Assembly: GCA_964016885.1 (NCBI GenBank)
Contig: OZ024745.1
Location: 64,790,001-64,854,000, forward strand
From: Eledone cirrhosa
Taxonomy: Eukaryota
Direction of reading: 5' to 3'
Length of the DNA: 64,000 bases
The notes under the pieces: model-generated
What the model saw: the letters and a program-made list of their open reading frames with translations, nothing else
Database searches by the model: none
Told to the model about the DNA's origin: nothing
Shown here: positions 27,101-41,899 of the stretch, one piece after another
Position numbering within the stretch: the stretch's first letter is position 1
How the letters are laid out: every line of letters starts with the position of its first letter
Program-made: the position numbers and the translations under genes

Positions 27101-30100
27101 ATTTTTTATTTGGGTGATTCATTTTTTATTTGGGGGATCCATTTTTTATTTGGGTGATCCATTTTTTTTATTTGGGGGTCCATTTTTTATTTGGGTGATC
27201 CATTTTTTATTTGGGTGATCCATTTTTTAATTAGGTGATCCATCTTTATTTGGGTGATCCATTTTTTACTTGGGGGATCCATTTTTTATTTGGGTGATCC
27301 ATTTTTTATTTTGATGATTCATTTTTTATTTGGGTGATCCATTTTTTATTTGGGGGATCCATTTTTTATTTGGATGAACCATTTTTTATTTGGGGGATCC
27401 ATCTTTTATTTGGGTGATCCATTTTTTATTTGGGTGATCCATTTTTTATTTGGGGGATCCATTTTTTATTTGGGTGATCCATTTTTTATTTGGGTGATCC
27501 ATTTTTTATTTGGGGGATCCATTTTTTATTTGGGGGATCCATTTTTTATTTGGGTGTTCCATTTTTATTTGGAGATCCATTTTGTATTTGGGTGATCCAT
27601 TTTTTAATTGGGTGATCCATTTTTTATTTGGGGGATCCATTTTTTATTTGGGGGATCCATTTTTTATTTGGGTGAACCATTTTTTATTTGGGGGATCCAT
27701 TTTTTATTTGGGTGATCCATTTTTTATTTGGGTGATCCATTTTTTATTTGGGGGATCCATTTTTTATTTGGGTGATCCATTTTTTATTTGGGTGATCCAT
27801 TTTTTATTTGGGGGATCCATTTTTTATTTGGGGGATCCATTTTTTATTTGGGTGATCCATTTTTATTTGGAGATCCATTTTGTATTTGGGTGATCCATTT
27901 TTTAATTGGGTGATCCATTTTTTATTTGGGTGATCCATTTTTTATTTGGGGGATCCATTTTTTATTTGGGTGATCCATTTTTTATTTGGGTGGTCCATTT
28001 TTTATTTGGGTGATCCATTTTTTATTTGGGGGATCCATTTTTTATTTGGGTGATCCATTTTTTATTTGGGGATCCATTTTTTATTTGGGTGATCCATTTT
28101 TTATTTGGTTGATCCATTTTTTATTTGGGGGATACATTTTTTATTTGGGTGATCCATTTTTTATTTGGGGGGACCATTTTTTATTTGGGGGATCCATTTT
28201 TATTTGGGTGATCCATTTTTTATTTGGGGGATCCATTTTTTATTTGGGTGATCCCTTTTTTATTTGGGGGATCCATTTTTTATTTGGGTGATCCATTTTT
28301 TATTTGGGGGATCCATTTTTTATTTGGGGGATTCATTTTTTATTTGGGTGATCCATTTTTTATTAGGGGGATCCATTTTTTATTTGGGTGATCCATTTTT
28401 ATTTGGAGATCCATTTTTTATTTAGGTGATCCATTTTATAATTGGGTGATCCATTTTTTATTTGGGGGATCCATTTTCTATTTGGAGGATCCATTATTTA
28501 TTTGGGTGATCCATTTTTTATTTGGGTGATCCATTTTTTATTTGGGTGATCCATTTTTTATTTGGGTTGATCCCTTTTTTATTTGGGGGATCCATTTTTT
28601 ATTTGGGTGATCCATTTTTTATTTTGGGGATCCATTTTTTATTTGGGTGATCCATTTTTTATTTGGGTGATCCATTTTTTATTTGGGGGATCCATTTTTT
28701 ATTTGGGTGATCCATTTTTTATTTGGGTGATCCATTTTTTATTTGAGGGACCCATTTTATATTTGGGTGATCCATTTTTTATTTGGGTGATCCATTTTTT
28801 ATTTGGGGGATCCATTTTTTATTTGGGGGATCCATCTTTTATTTGGGGGATCCATTTTTTATTTGGGGGATCCATTTTTTATTTCGGGGATCCATTTTTT
28901 ATTTGGGTGATTCATTTTTTATTTGGGGGATCCATTTTTTATTTGGGTGATCCATTTTTTTTATTTGGGGGTCCATTTTTTATTTGGGTGATCCATTTTT
29001 TATTTGGGTGATCCATTTTTTAATTGGGTGATCCATTTTTATTTGGGTGATCCATTTTTTACTTGGGGGATCCATTTTTTATTTGGGTGATCCATTTTTT
29101 ATTTTGCTGATTCATTTTTTATTTGGGTGATCCATTTTTTATTTGGAGAATCCATTTATTATTTGGGTGAACCATTTTTTATTTGGGGGATCCATTTTTT
29201 ATTTGGGTGATCCATTTTTTATTTGGGTGATCCATTTTTTATTTGGGGGATCCATGTTTTATTTGGGTGATCCATTTTTTATTTGGGTGATCCATTTTTT
29301 ATTTGGGGGATCCATTTTTTATTTGGGGGGTCCATTTTTTATTTGGGTGATCCATTTTTATTTGGAGATCCATTTTGTATTTGGGTGATCCATTTTGTAT
29401 TTGGGGGATCCATTTTTTAATTGGGTGATCCATTTTTTATTTGGGGGATCCATTTTTTATTTGGGGGATCCATTTTTTATTTGGGGGATCCATTGTTTAT
29501 TTGGGTGATCCATTTTTTATTTGGGTGACCCATTTTTTATTTGGGGGATCCATTTTTTATTTGGGTGATCCATTTTTTATTTGGGTGATCCATTTTTTAT
29601 TTGGGTGATCCATTTTTTATTTGTGGGATCCATTTTTTATTTGGGTGATCCATTTTTTATTTGGGGGATCCTTTTTTTATTTGGGTGATCGATTTTTTAT
29701 TTGGGTGATCCATTTTTTATTTGGGGGATCCATTTTTTATTTGGGTGATCCATTTTTTATTTGGGTGATACATTTTTTATTTGGGGGATCCATTTTTTAT
29801 TTGGGTGATCCATTTTTTATTTGGGGGATCCATTTTTTATTTGGGGGATCCATTTTTTATTTGGGTGATCCATTTTTTATTTGGGTGATCCATTTTTTAT
29901 TTGGGGGGATCCATTTTTTATTTGGGTGATCCATTTTTTATTTGGGGGATCCATTTTTTATTTGGGTGATCCATTTTTTATTTGGGGGATCCATTTTTTA
30001 TTTGGGTGATCCATTTTTTATTTGGGTGATCCATTTTTTAATTGGGTGATCCATTTTTTATTTGGGGGATCCATTTTTTATTTGGGTGATCCATTTTTTA

Positions 30101-31110
30101 GTTGGGTGGTCCATTTTTTATTTGGGTGATCCATTTTTTATTTGGGGGATCCATTTTTTATTTGGGTGATCCATTTTTTATTTGGGGATCCATTTTTTAT
30201 TTGGGTGATCCATTTTTTATTTGGGTGATCCATTTTTTATTTGGGGGATTCATTTTTTATTTGGGTGATTCATTTTTTATTTGGGGGGTCCATTTTTTAT
30301 TTGGGGGATCCATTTTTATTTGGGTGATCCATTTTTTATTTGGGGGATCCATTTTTTATTTGGGTGATCCATTTTTTATTTGGGTTGATCCCTTTTTTAT
30401 TTGGGTGATCCATTTTTTATTTGAGGGATCCATTTTATATTTGGGTGATCCATTTTTTATTTGGGTGATCCATTTTTTATTTGGGGGATCCATTTTTTAT
30501 TTGGGGGATCCATTTTTTATTTGGGGGATCCATTTTTTATTTGGGGGATCCATTTTTTATTTCGGGGATCCATTTTTTATTTGGGTGATTCATTTTTTAT
30601 TTGGGGGATCCATTTTTTATTTGGGTGATCCATTTTTTTTATTTGGGGGTCCATTTTTTATTTGGGTGATCCATTTTTTATTTGGGTGATCCATTTTTTA
30701 ATTAGGTGATCCATCTTTATTTGGGTGATCCATTTTTTACTTGGGGGATCCATTTTTTATTTGGGTGATCCATTTTTTATTTTGATGATTCATTTTTTAT
30801 TTGGGTGATCCATTTTTTATTTGGGGGATCCATTTTTTATTTGGATGAACCATTTTTTATTTGGGGGATCCATCTTTTATTTGGGTGATCCATTTTTTAT
30901 TTGGGTGATCCATTTTTTATTTGGGGGATCCATTTTTTATTTGGGTGATCCATTTTTTATTTGGGTGATCCATTTTTTATTTGGGGGATCCATTTTTTAT
31001 TTGGGGGATCCATTTTTTATTTGGGTGATCCATTTTTATTTGGAGATCCATTTTGTATTTGGGTGATCCATTTTTTAATTGGGTGATCCATTTTTTATTT
31101 GGGTGATCCA
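24190..31110 (+). repeat. ~3.45-3.47 kb higher-order tandem duplication
   Basis: Offset 3450 (24536/27986, 25133/28583, 25693/29143, 26171/29621), then 3470-3471 (26632/30102, 27350/30821). Shared GATCGA, CCATGTTTT and AATTAGGTGATCCATCTTT variants. Confidence 0.85.
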
Positions 31111-34100
31111 TTTTTTATTTGGGGGATCCATTTTTTATTTGGGTGATCCATTTTTTATTTGGGTGGTCCATTTTTTATTTGGGTGATCCATTTTTTATTT
31201 GGGGGATCCATTTTTTATTTGGGTGATCCATTTTTTATTTGGGGATCCATTTTTTATTTGGGTGATCCATTTTTTATTTGGGTGATCCATTTTTTATTTG
31301 GGGGATACATTTTTTATTTGGGTGATCCATTTTTTATTTGGGGGGTCCATTTTTTATTTGGGGGATCCATTTTTTATTTGGGTCATCAATTTTTTAATTG
31401 GGTGATCCATTTTTTATTTGGGGGATCCATTTTTTATTTGGGTGATCCATTTTTTAGTTGGGTGGTCCATTTTTTATTTGGGTGATCCATTTTTTATTTG
31501 GGGGATCCATTTTTTATTTGGGTGATCCATTTTTTATTTGGGGATCCATTTTTTATTTGGGTGATCCATTTTTTATTTGGGTGATCCATTTTTTATTTGG
31601 GGGATCCATTTTTTATTTGGGTGATCCATTTTTTATTTGGGGATCCATTTTTTATTTGGGTGATCCATTTTTTATTTGGGTGATCCATTTTTTATTTGGG
31701 GGATCCATTTTATATTTGGGTGATCCATTTTTTATTTGGGGGATCCATTTTTTATTTGGGGGATCCATTTTTTATTTGGGTGATCCATTTTTATTTGGAG
31801 ATCCATTTTGTATTTGGGTGATCCATTTTTTAATTGGGTGATCCATTTTTTATTTGGGTGATCCATTTTTTATTTGGGGGATCCATTTTTTATTTGGGTG
31901 ATCCATTTTTTATTTGGGTGGTCCATTTTTTATTTGGGTGATCCATTTTTTATTTGGGGGATCCATTTTTTATTTGGGTGATCCATTTTTTATTTGGGGA
32001 TCCATTTTTTATTTGGGTGATCCATTTTTTATTTGGGTGATCCATTTTTTATTTGGGGGATACATTTTTTATTTGGGTGATCCATTTTTTATTTGGGGGG
32101 TCCATTTTTTATTTGGGGGATCCATTTTTTATTTGGGTCATCAATTTTTTAATTGGGTGATCCATTTTTTATTTGGGGGATCCATTTTTTATTTGGGTGA
32201 TCCATTTTTTAGTTGGGTGGTCCATTTTTTATTTGGGTGATCCATTTTTTATTTGGGGGATCCATTTTTTATTTGGGTGATCCATTTTTTATTTGGGGAT
32301 CCATTTTTTATTTGGGTGATCCATTTTTTATTTGGGTGATCCATTTTTTATTTGGGGGATCCATTTTTTATTTGGGTGATCCATTTTTTATTTGGGGATC
32401 CATTTTTTATTTGGGTGATCCATTTTTTATTTGGGTGATCCATTTTTTATTTGGGGGATCCATTTTATATTTGGGTGATCCATTTTTTATTTGGGGGTCC
32501 ATTTTTTATTTGGGGGATCCATTTTTATTTGGGTGATCCATTTTTTATTTGGGGGATCCATTTTTTACTAGGGGGATCCATTTTTTATTTGGGTTGATCC
32601 CTTTTTTATTTGGGGGATCCATTTTTTATTTGGGTGATCCATTTTTTATTTGGGGGATCCATTTTTTATTTGGGGGATCCATTTTTTATTTGGTTGATCC
32701 ATTTTTTATTAGGGGGATCCATTTTTTATTTGGGTGATCCATTTTAATTTGGAGATCCATTTTTTGTTTAGGTGATCCATTTTATAATTGGGTGATCCAT
32801 TTTTTATTTGGGGGATCCATTTTTTATTTGGGGGATCCATTATTTATTTGGGTGATCCATTTTTTATTTGGGTGATCCATTTTTTATTTGGGTGATCCAT
32901 TTTTTATTTGGGTGATCCATTTTTTATTTGGGTGATCCATTTTTTATTTGGGGGATCCATTTTTTATTTGGGTGATCCATTTTTTATTTGGGTGATCCAT
33001 TTTTTATTTGAGGGATCCATTTTATATTTGGGTGATCCATTTTCTATTTGGGTGATCCATTTTTTATTTGGGGGATCCATTTTTTATTTGTGGGATCCAT
33101 TTTTTATTTGGGGGATCCATTTTTTATTTCGGGGATCCATTTTTTATTTGGGTGATTCATTTTTTATTTGGGGGATCCATTTTTTATTTGGGTGATCCAT
33201 TTTTTTTATTTGGGGGTCCATTTTTTATTTGGGTGATCCATTTTTTATTTGGATGATCCATTTTTTAATTGGGTGATCCATTTTTATTTGGGTGATCCAT
33301 TTTTTACTTGGGGGATCCATTTTTTATTTGGGTGATCCATTTTTTATTTTGCTGATTCATTTTTTATTTGGGTGATCCATTTTTTATTTGGGGGATCCAT
33401 TTTTTATTTGGGTGAACCATTTTTTATTTGGGGGATCCATCTTTTATTTTGGTGATCCATTTTTTATTTGGGTGATCCATTTTTTATTTGGGTGATCCAT
33501 TTTTTATTTGGGTGATCCATTTTTTATTTGGGGGATCCATTTTTTATTTGGGGGATCCATCTTTTATTTGGGGGATCCATTTTTTATTTGGGGGATCCAT
33601 TTTTTATTTCGGGGATCCATTTTTTATTTGGGTGATTCATTTTTTATTTGGGGGATCCATTTTTTATTTGGGTGATCCATTTTTTTTATTTTGGGGTCCA
33701 TTTTTTATTTGGGTGATCCATTTTTTATTTGGGTGATCCATTTTTTAATTGGGTGATCCATTTTTATTTGGGTGATCCATTTTTTACTTGGGGGATCCAT
33801 TTTTTATTTGGGTGATCCATTTTTTATTTTGCTGATTCATTTTTTATTTGGGTGATCCATTTTTTATTTGGAGGATCCATTTTTTATTTGGGTGAACCAT
33901 TTTTTATTTGGGGGATCCATTTTTTATTTGGGTGATCCATTTTTTATTTGGGTGATCCATTTTTTATTTGGGGGATCCATGTTTTATTTGGGTGATCCAT
34001 TTTTTATTTGGGTCATCCATTTTTTATTTGGGGGATCCATTTTTTATTTGGGGGGTCCATTTTTTATTTGGGTGATCCATTTTTATTTGGAGATCCATTT

Positions 34101-37100
34101 TGTATTTGGGTGATCCATTTTGTATTTGGGGGATCCATTTTTTAATTGGGTGATCCATTTTTTATTTGGGGGATCCATTTTTTATTTGGGGGATCCATTT
34201 TTTATTTGGGGGATCCATTGTTTATTTGGGTGATCCATTTTTTATTTGGGTGATCCATTTTTTATTTGGGGGATCCATTTTTTATTTGGGTGATCCATTT
34301 TTTATTTGGGTGATCCATTTTTTATTTGGGTGATCCATTTTTTATTTGTGGGATCCATTTTTTATTTGGGTGATCCATTTTTTATTTGGGGGATCCTTTT
34401 TTTATTTGGGTGATCGATTTTTTATTTGGGTGATCCATTTTTTATTTGGGGGATCCATTTTTTATTTGGGTGATCCATTTTTTATTTGGGTGATACATTT
34501 TTTATTTGGGGGATCCATTTTTTATTTGGGTGATCCATTTTTTATTTGGGGGATCCATTTTTTATTTGGGGGATCCATTTTTTATTTGGGTGATCCATTT
34601 TTTATTTGGGTGATCCATTTTTTATTTGGCGGGATCCATTTTTTATTTGGGTGATCCATTTTTTATTTGGGGGATCCATTTTTTATTTGGGTGATCCATT
34701 TTTTATTTGGGGGATCCATTTTTTATTTGGGTGATCCATTTTTTATTTGGGTGATCCATTTTTTAATTGGGTGATCCATTTTTTATTTGGGGGATCCATT
34801 TTTTATTTGGGTGATCCATTTTTTAGTTGGGTGGTCCATTTTTTATTTGGGTGATCCATTTTTTATTTGGGGGATCCATTTTTTATTTGGGTGATCCATT
34901 TTTTATTTGGGGATCCATTTTTTATTTGGGTGATCCATTTTTTATTTGGGTGACCATTTTTTATTTGGGGGATTCATTTTTTATTTGGGTGATTCATTTT
35001 TTATTTGGGGGGTCCATTTTTTATTTGGGGGATCCATTTTTATTTGGGTGATCCATTTTTTATTTGGGGGATCCATTTTTTATTTGGGTGATCCATTTTT
35101 TATTTGGGTTGATCCCTTTTTTATTTGGGTGATCCATTTTTTATTTGAGGGATCCATTTTATATTTGGGTGATCCATTTTTTATTTGGGTGATCCATTTT
35201 TTATTTGGGGGATCCATTTTTTATTTGGGGGATCCATTTTTTATTTGGGGGATCCATTTTTTATTTGGGGGATCCATTTTTTATTTCGGGGATCCATTTT
35301 TTATTTGGGTGATTCATTTTTTATTTGGGGGATCCATTTTTTATTTGGGTGATCCATTTTTTTTATTTGGGGGTCCATTTTTTATTTGGGTGATCCATTT
35401 TTTATTTGGGTGATCCATTTTTTAATTAGGTGATCCATCTTTATTTGGGTGATCCATTTTTTACTTGGGGGATCCATTTTTTATTTGGGTGATCCATTTT
35501 TTATTTTGATGATTCATTTTTTATTTGGGTGATCCATTTTTTATTTGGGGGATCCATTTTTTATTTGGATGAACCATTTTTTATTTGGGGGATCCATCTT
35601 TTATTTGGGTGATCCATTTTTTATTTGGGTGATCCATTTTTTATTTGGGGGATCCATTTTTTATTTGGGTGATCCATTTTTTATTTGGGTGATCCATTTT
35701 TTATTTGGGGGATCCATTTTTTATTTGGGGGATCCATTTTTTATTTGGGTGATCCATTTTTATTTGGAGATCCATTTTGTATTTGGGTGATCCATTTTTT
35801 AATTGGGTGATCCATTTTTTATTTGGGGGATCCATTTTTTATTTGGGGGATCCATTTTTTATTTGGGTGAACCATTTTTTATTTGGGGGATCCATTTTTT
35901 ATTTGGGTGATCCATTTTTTATTTGGGTGATCCATTTTTTATTTGGGGGATCCATTTTTTATTTGGGTGATCCATTTTTTATTTGGGTGATCCATTTTTT
36001 ATTTGGGGGATCCATTTTTTATTTGGGGGATCCATTTTTTATTTGGGTGATCCATTTTTATTTGGAGATCCATTTTGTATTTGGGTGATCCATTTTTTAA
36101 TTGGGTGATCCATTTTTTATTTGGGTGATCCATTTTTTATTTGGGGGATCCATTTTTTATTTGGGTGATCCATTTTTTATTTGGGTGGTCCATTTTTTAT
36201 TTGGGTGATCCATTTTTTATTTGGGGGATCCATTTTTTATTTGGGTGATCCATTTTTTATTTGGGGATCCATTTTTTATTTGGGTGATCCATTTTTTATT
36301 TGGTTGATCCATTTTTTATTTGGGGGATACATTTTTTATTTGGGTGATCCATTTTTTATTTGGGGGGACCATTTTTTATTTGGGGGATCCATTTTTATTT
36401 GGGTGATCCATTTTTTATTTGGGGGATCCATTTTTTATTTGGGTGATCCCTTTTTTATTTGGGGGATCCATTTTTTATTTGGGTGATCCATTTTTTATTT
36501 GGGGGATCCATTTTTTATTTGGGGGATTCATTTTTTATTTGGGTGATCCATTTTTTATTAGGGGGATCCATTTTTTATTTGGGTGATCCATTTTTATTTG
36601 GAGATCCATTTTTTATTTAGGTGATCCATTTTATAATTGGGTGATCCATTTTTTATTTGGGGGATCCATTTTCTATTTGGAGGATCCATTATTTATTTGG
36701 GTGATCCATTTTTTATTTGGGTGATCCATTTTTTATTTGGGTGATCCATTTTTTATTTGGGTTGATCCCTTTTTTATTTGGGGGATCCATTTTTTATTTG
36801 GGTGATCCATTTTTTATTTTGGGGATCCATTTTTTATTTGGGTGATCCATTTTTTATTTGGGTGATCCATTTTTTATTTGGGGGATCCATTTTTTATTTG
36901 GGTGATCCATTTTTTATTTGGGTGATCCATTTTTTATTTGAGGGACCCATTTTATATTTGGGTGATCCATTTTTTATTTGGGTGATCCATTTTTTATTTG
37001 GGGGATCCATTTTTTATTTGGGGGATCCATCTTTTATTTGGGGGATCCATTTTTTATTTGGGGGATCCATTTTTTATTTCGGGGATCCATTTTTTATTTG

Positions 37101-40100
37101 GGTGATTCATTTTTTATTTGGGGGATCCATTTTTTATTTGGGTGATCCATTTTTTTTATTTGGGGGTCCATTTTTTATTTGGGTGATCCATTTTTTATTT
37201 GGGTGATCCATTTTTTAATTGGGTGATCCATTTTTATTTGGGTGATCCATTTTTTACTTGGGGGATCCATTTTTTATTTGGGTGATCCATTTTTTATTTT
37301 GCTGATTCATTTTTTATTTGGGTGATCCATTTTTTATTTGGAGGATCCATTTATTATTTGGGTGAACCATTTTTTATTTGGGGGATCCATTTTTTATTTG
37401 GGTGATCCATTTTTTATTTGGGTGATCCATTTTTTATTTGGGGGATCCATGTTTTATTTGGGTGATCCATTTTTTATTTGGGTGATCCATTTTTTATTTG
37501 GGGGATCCATTTTTTATTTGGGGGGTCCATTTTTTATTTGGGTGATCCATTTTTATTTGGAGATCCATTTTGTATTTGGGTGATCCATTTTGTATTTGGG
37601 GGATCCATTTTTTAATTGGGTGATCCATTTTTTATTTGGGGGATCCATTTTTTATTTGGGGGATCCATTTTTTATTTGGGGGATCCATTGTTTATTTGGG
37701 TGATCCATTTTTTATTTGGGTGACCCATTTTTTATTTGGGGGATCCATTTTTTATTTGGGTGATCCATTTTTTATTTGGGTGATCCATTTTTTATTTGGG
37801 TGATCCATTTTTTATTTGTGGGATCCATTTTTTATTTGGGTGATCCATTTTTTATTTGGGGGATCCTTTTTTTATTTGGGTGATCGATTTTTTATTTGGG
37901 TGATCCATTTTTTATTTGGGGGATCCATTTTTTATTTGGGTGATCCATTTTTTATTTGGGTGATACATTTTTTATTTGGGGGATCCATTTTTTATTTGGG
38001 TGATCCATTTTTTATTTGGGGGAACCATTTTTTATTTGGGGGATCCATTTTTTATTTGGGTGATCCATTTTTTATTTGGGTGATCCATTTTTTATTTGGG
38101 GGGATCCATTTTTTATTTGGGTGATCCATTTTTTATTTGGGGGATCCATTTTTTATTTGGGTGATCCATTTTTTATTTGGGGGATCCATTTTTTATTTGG
38201 GTGATCCATTTTTTATTTGGGTGATCCATTTTTTAATTGGGTGATCCATTTTTTATTTGGGGGATCCATTTTTTATTTGGGTGATCCATTTTTTAGTTGG
38301 GTGGTCCATTTTTTATTTGGGTGATCCATTTTTTATTTGGGGGATCCATTTTTTATTTGGGTGATCCATTTTTTATTTGGGGATCCATTTTTTATTTGGG
38401 TGATCCATTTTTTATTTGGGTGATCCATTTTTTATTTGGGGGATTCATTTTTTATTTGGGTGATTCATTTTTTATTTGGGGGGTCCATTTTTTATTTGGG
38501 GGATCCATTTTTATTTGGGTGATCCATTTTTTATTTGGGGGATCCATTTTTTATTTGGGTGATCCATTTTTTATTTGGGTTGATCCCTTTTTTATTTGGG
38601 TGATCCATTTTTTATTTGAGGGATCCATTTTATATTTGGGTGATCCATTTTTTATTTGGGTGATCCATTTTTTATTTGGGGGATCCATTTTTTATTTGGG
38701 GGATCCATTTTTTATTTGGGGGATCCATTTTTTATTTGGGGGATCCATTTTTTATTTCGGGGATCCATTTTTGATTTGGGTGATTCATTTTTTATTTGGG
38801 GGATCCATTTTTTATTTGGGTGATCCATTTTTTTTATTTGGGGGTCCATTTTTTATTTGGGTGATCCATTTTTTATTTGGGTGATCCATTTTTTAATTAG
38901 GTGATCCATCTTTATTTGGGTGATCCATTTTTTACTTGGGGGATCCATTTTTTATTTGGGTGATCCATTTTTTATTTTGATGATTCATTTTTTATTTGGG
39001 TGATCCATTTTTTATTTGGGGGATCCATTTTTTATTTGGATGAACCATTTTTTATTTGGGGGATCCATCTTTTATTTGGGTGATCCATTTTTTATTTGGG
39101 TGATCCATTTTTTATTTGGGGGATCCATTTTTTATTTGGGTGATCCATTTTTTATTTGGGTGATCCATTTTTTATTTGGGGGATCCATTTTTTATTTGGG
39201 GGATCCATTTTTTATTTGGGTGATCCATTTTTATTTGGAGATCCATTTTGTATTTGGGTGATCCATTTTTTAATTGGGTGATCCATTTTTTATTTGGGTG
39301 ATCCATTTTTTATTTGGGGGATCCATTTTTTATTTGGGTGATCCATTTTTTATTTGGGTGGTCCATTTTTTATTTGGGTGATCCATTTTTTATTTGGGGG
39401 ATCCATTTTTTATTTGGGTGATCCATTTTTTATTTGGGGATCCATTTTTTATTTGGGTGATCCATTTTTTATTTGGGTGATCCATTTTTTATTTGGGGGA
39501 TACATTTTTTATTTGGGTGATCCATTTTTTATTTGGGGGGTCCATTTTTTATTTGGGGGATCCATTTTTTATTTGGGTCATCAATTTTTTAATTGGGTGA
39601 TCCATTTTTTATTTGGGGGATCCATTTTTTATTTGGGTGATCCATTTTTTAGTTGGGTGGTCCATTTTTTATTTGGGTGATCCATTTTTTATTTGGGGGA
39701 TCCATTTTTTATTTGGGTGATCCATTTTTTATTTGGGGATCCATTTTTTATTTGGGTGATCCATTTTTTATTTGGGTGATCCATTTTTTATTTGGGGGAT
39801 CCATTTTTTATTTGGGTGATCCATTTTTTATTTGGGGATCCATTTTTTATTTGGGTGATCCATTTTTTATTTGGGTGATCCATTTTTTATTTGGGGGATC
39901 CATTTTATATTTGGGTGATCCATTTTTTATTTGGGGGATCCATTTTTTATTTGGGGGATCCATTTTTTATTTGGGTGATCCATTTTTATTTGGAGATCCA
40001 TTTTGTATTTGGGTGATCCATTTTTTAATTGGGTGATCCATTTTTTATTTGGGTGATCCATTTTTTATTTGGGGGATCCATTTTTTATTTGGGTGATCCA

Positions 40101-41680
40101 TTTTTTATTTGGGTGGTCCATTTTTTATTTGGGTGATCCATTTTTTATTTGGGGGATCCATTTTTTATTTGGGTGATCCATTTTTTATTTGGGGATCCAT
40201 TTTTTATTTGGGTGATCCATTTTTTATTTGGGTGATCCATTTTTTATTTGGGGGATACATTTTTTATTTGGGTGATCCATTTTTTATTTGGGGGGTCCAT
40301 TTTTTATTTGGGGGATCCATTTTTTATTTGGGTCATCAATTTTTTAATTGGGTGATCCATTTTTTATTTGGGGGATCCATTTTTTATTTGGGTGATCCAT
40401 TTTTTAGTTGGGTGGTCCATTTTTTATTTGGGTGATCCATTTTTTATTTGGGGGATCCATTTTTTATTTGGGTGATCCATTTTTTATTTGGGGATCCATT
40501 TTTTATTTGGGTGATCCATTTTTTATTTGGGTGATCCATTTTTTATTTGGGGGATCCATTTTTTATTTGGGTGATCCATTTTTTATTTGGGGATCCATTT
40601 TTTATTTGGGTGATCCATTTTTTATTTGGGTGATCCATTTTTTATTTGGGGGATCCATTTTATATTTGGGTGATCCATTTTTTATTTGGGGGTCCATTTT
40701 TTATTTGGGGGATCCATTTTTATTTGGGTGATCCATTTTTTATTTGGGGGATCCATTTTTTACTAGGGGGATCCATTTTTTATTTGGGTTGATCCCTTTT
40801 TTATTTGGGGGATCCATTTTTTATTTGGGTGATCCATTTTTTATTTGGGGGATCCATTTTTTATTTGGGGGATCCATTTTTTATTTGGTTGATCCATTTT
40901 TTATTAGGGGGATCCATTTTTTATTTGGGTGATCCATTTTAATTTGGAGATCCATTTTTTGTTTAGGTGATCCATTTTATAATTGGGTGATCCATTTTTT
41001 ATTTGGGGGATCCATTTTTTATTTGGGGGATCCATTATTTATTTGGGTGATCCATTTTTTATTTGGGTGATCCATTTTTTATTTGGGTGATCCATTTTTT
41101 ATTTGGGTGATCCATTTTTTATTTGGGTGATCCATTTTTTATTTGGGGGATCCATTTTTTATTTGGGTGATCCATTTTTTATTTGGGTGATCCATTTTTT
41201 ATTTGAGGGATCCATTTTATATTTGGGTGATCCATTTTCTATTTGGGTGATCCATTTTTTATTTGGGGGATCCATTTTTTATTTGTGGGATCCATTTTTT
41301 ATTTGGGGGATCCATTTTTTATTTCGGGGATCCATTTTTTATTTGGGTGATTCATTTTTTATTTGGGGGATCCATTTTTTATTTGGGTGATCCATTTTTT
41401 TTATTTGGGGGTCCATTTTTTATTTGGGTGATCCATTTTTTATTTGGATGATCCATTTTTTAATTGGGTGATCCATTTTTATTTGGGTGATCCATTTTTT
41501 ACTTGGGGGATCCATTTTTTATTTGGGTGATCCATTTTTTATTTTGCTGATTCATTTTTTATTTGGGTGATCCATTTTTTATTTGGGGGATCCATTTTTT
41601 ATTTGGGTGAACCATTTTTTATTTGGGGGATCCATCTTTTATTTGGGTGATCCATTTTTTATTTGGGTGATCCATTTTTT
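25310..41680 (+). repeat. 8,195-bp near-identical tandem duplication (about 25310-33485 and 33486-41680)
   Basis: Offset 8175 (25693/33868, 26171/34346), then a constant 8195 for ORF pairs from 26632/34827 through 33068/41263. Confidence 0.92.
31000..32500 (+). repeat. 755-bp tandem duplication nested in the 8.2-kb unit (second instance about 39195-40695)
   Basis: ORF pairs 31159/31914 and 31458/32213. Private variant GGTCATCAATTTTTTAATT at about 31381 and 32136, and again at about 39576 and 40331. Confidence 0.85.
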
Positions 41681-41899
41681 ATTTGGGGGATCCATTTTTT
41701 ATTTGGGTGATCCATTTTTTATTTGGGTGATCCATTTTTTATTTGGGGGATCCATTTTTTATTTGGGGGATCCATTTTTTATTTGGGTGATCCATTTTTA
41801 TTTGGAGATCCATTTTGTATTTGGGTGATCCATTTTTTAATTGGGTGATCCATTTTTTATTTGGGTGATCCATTTTTTATTTGGGGGATCCATTTTTTA

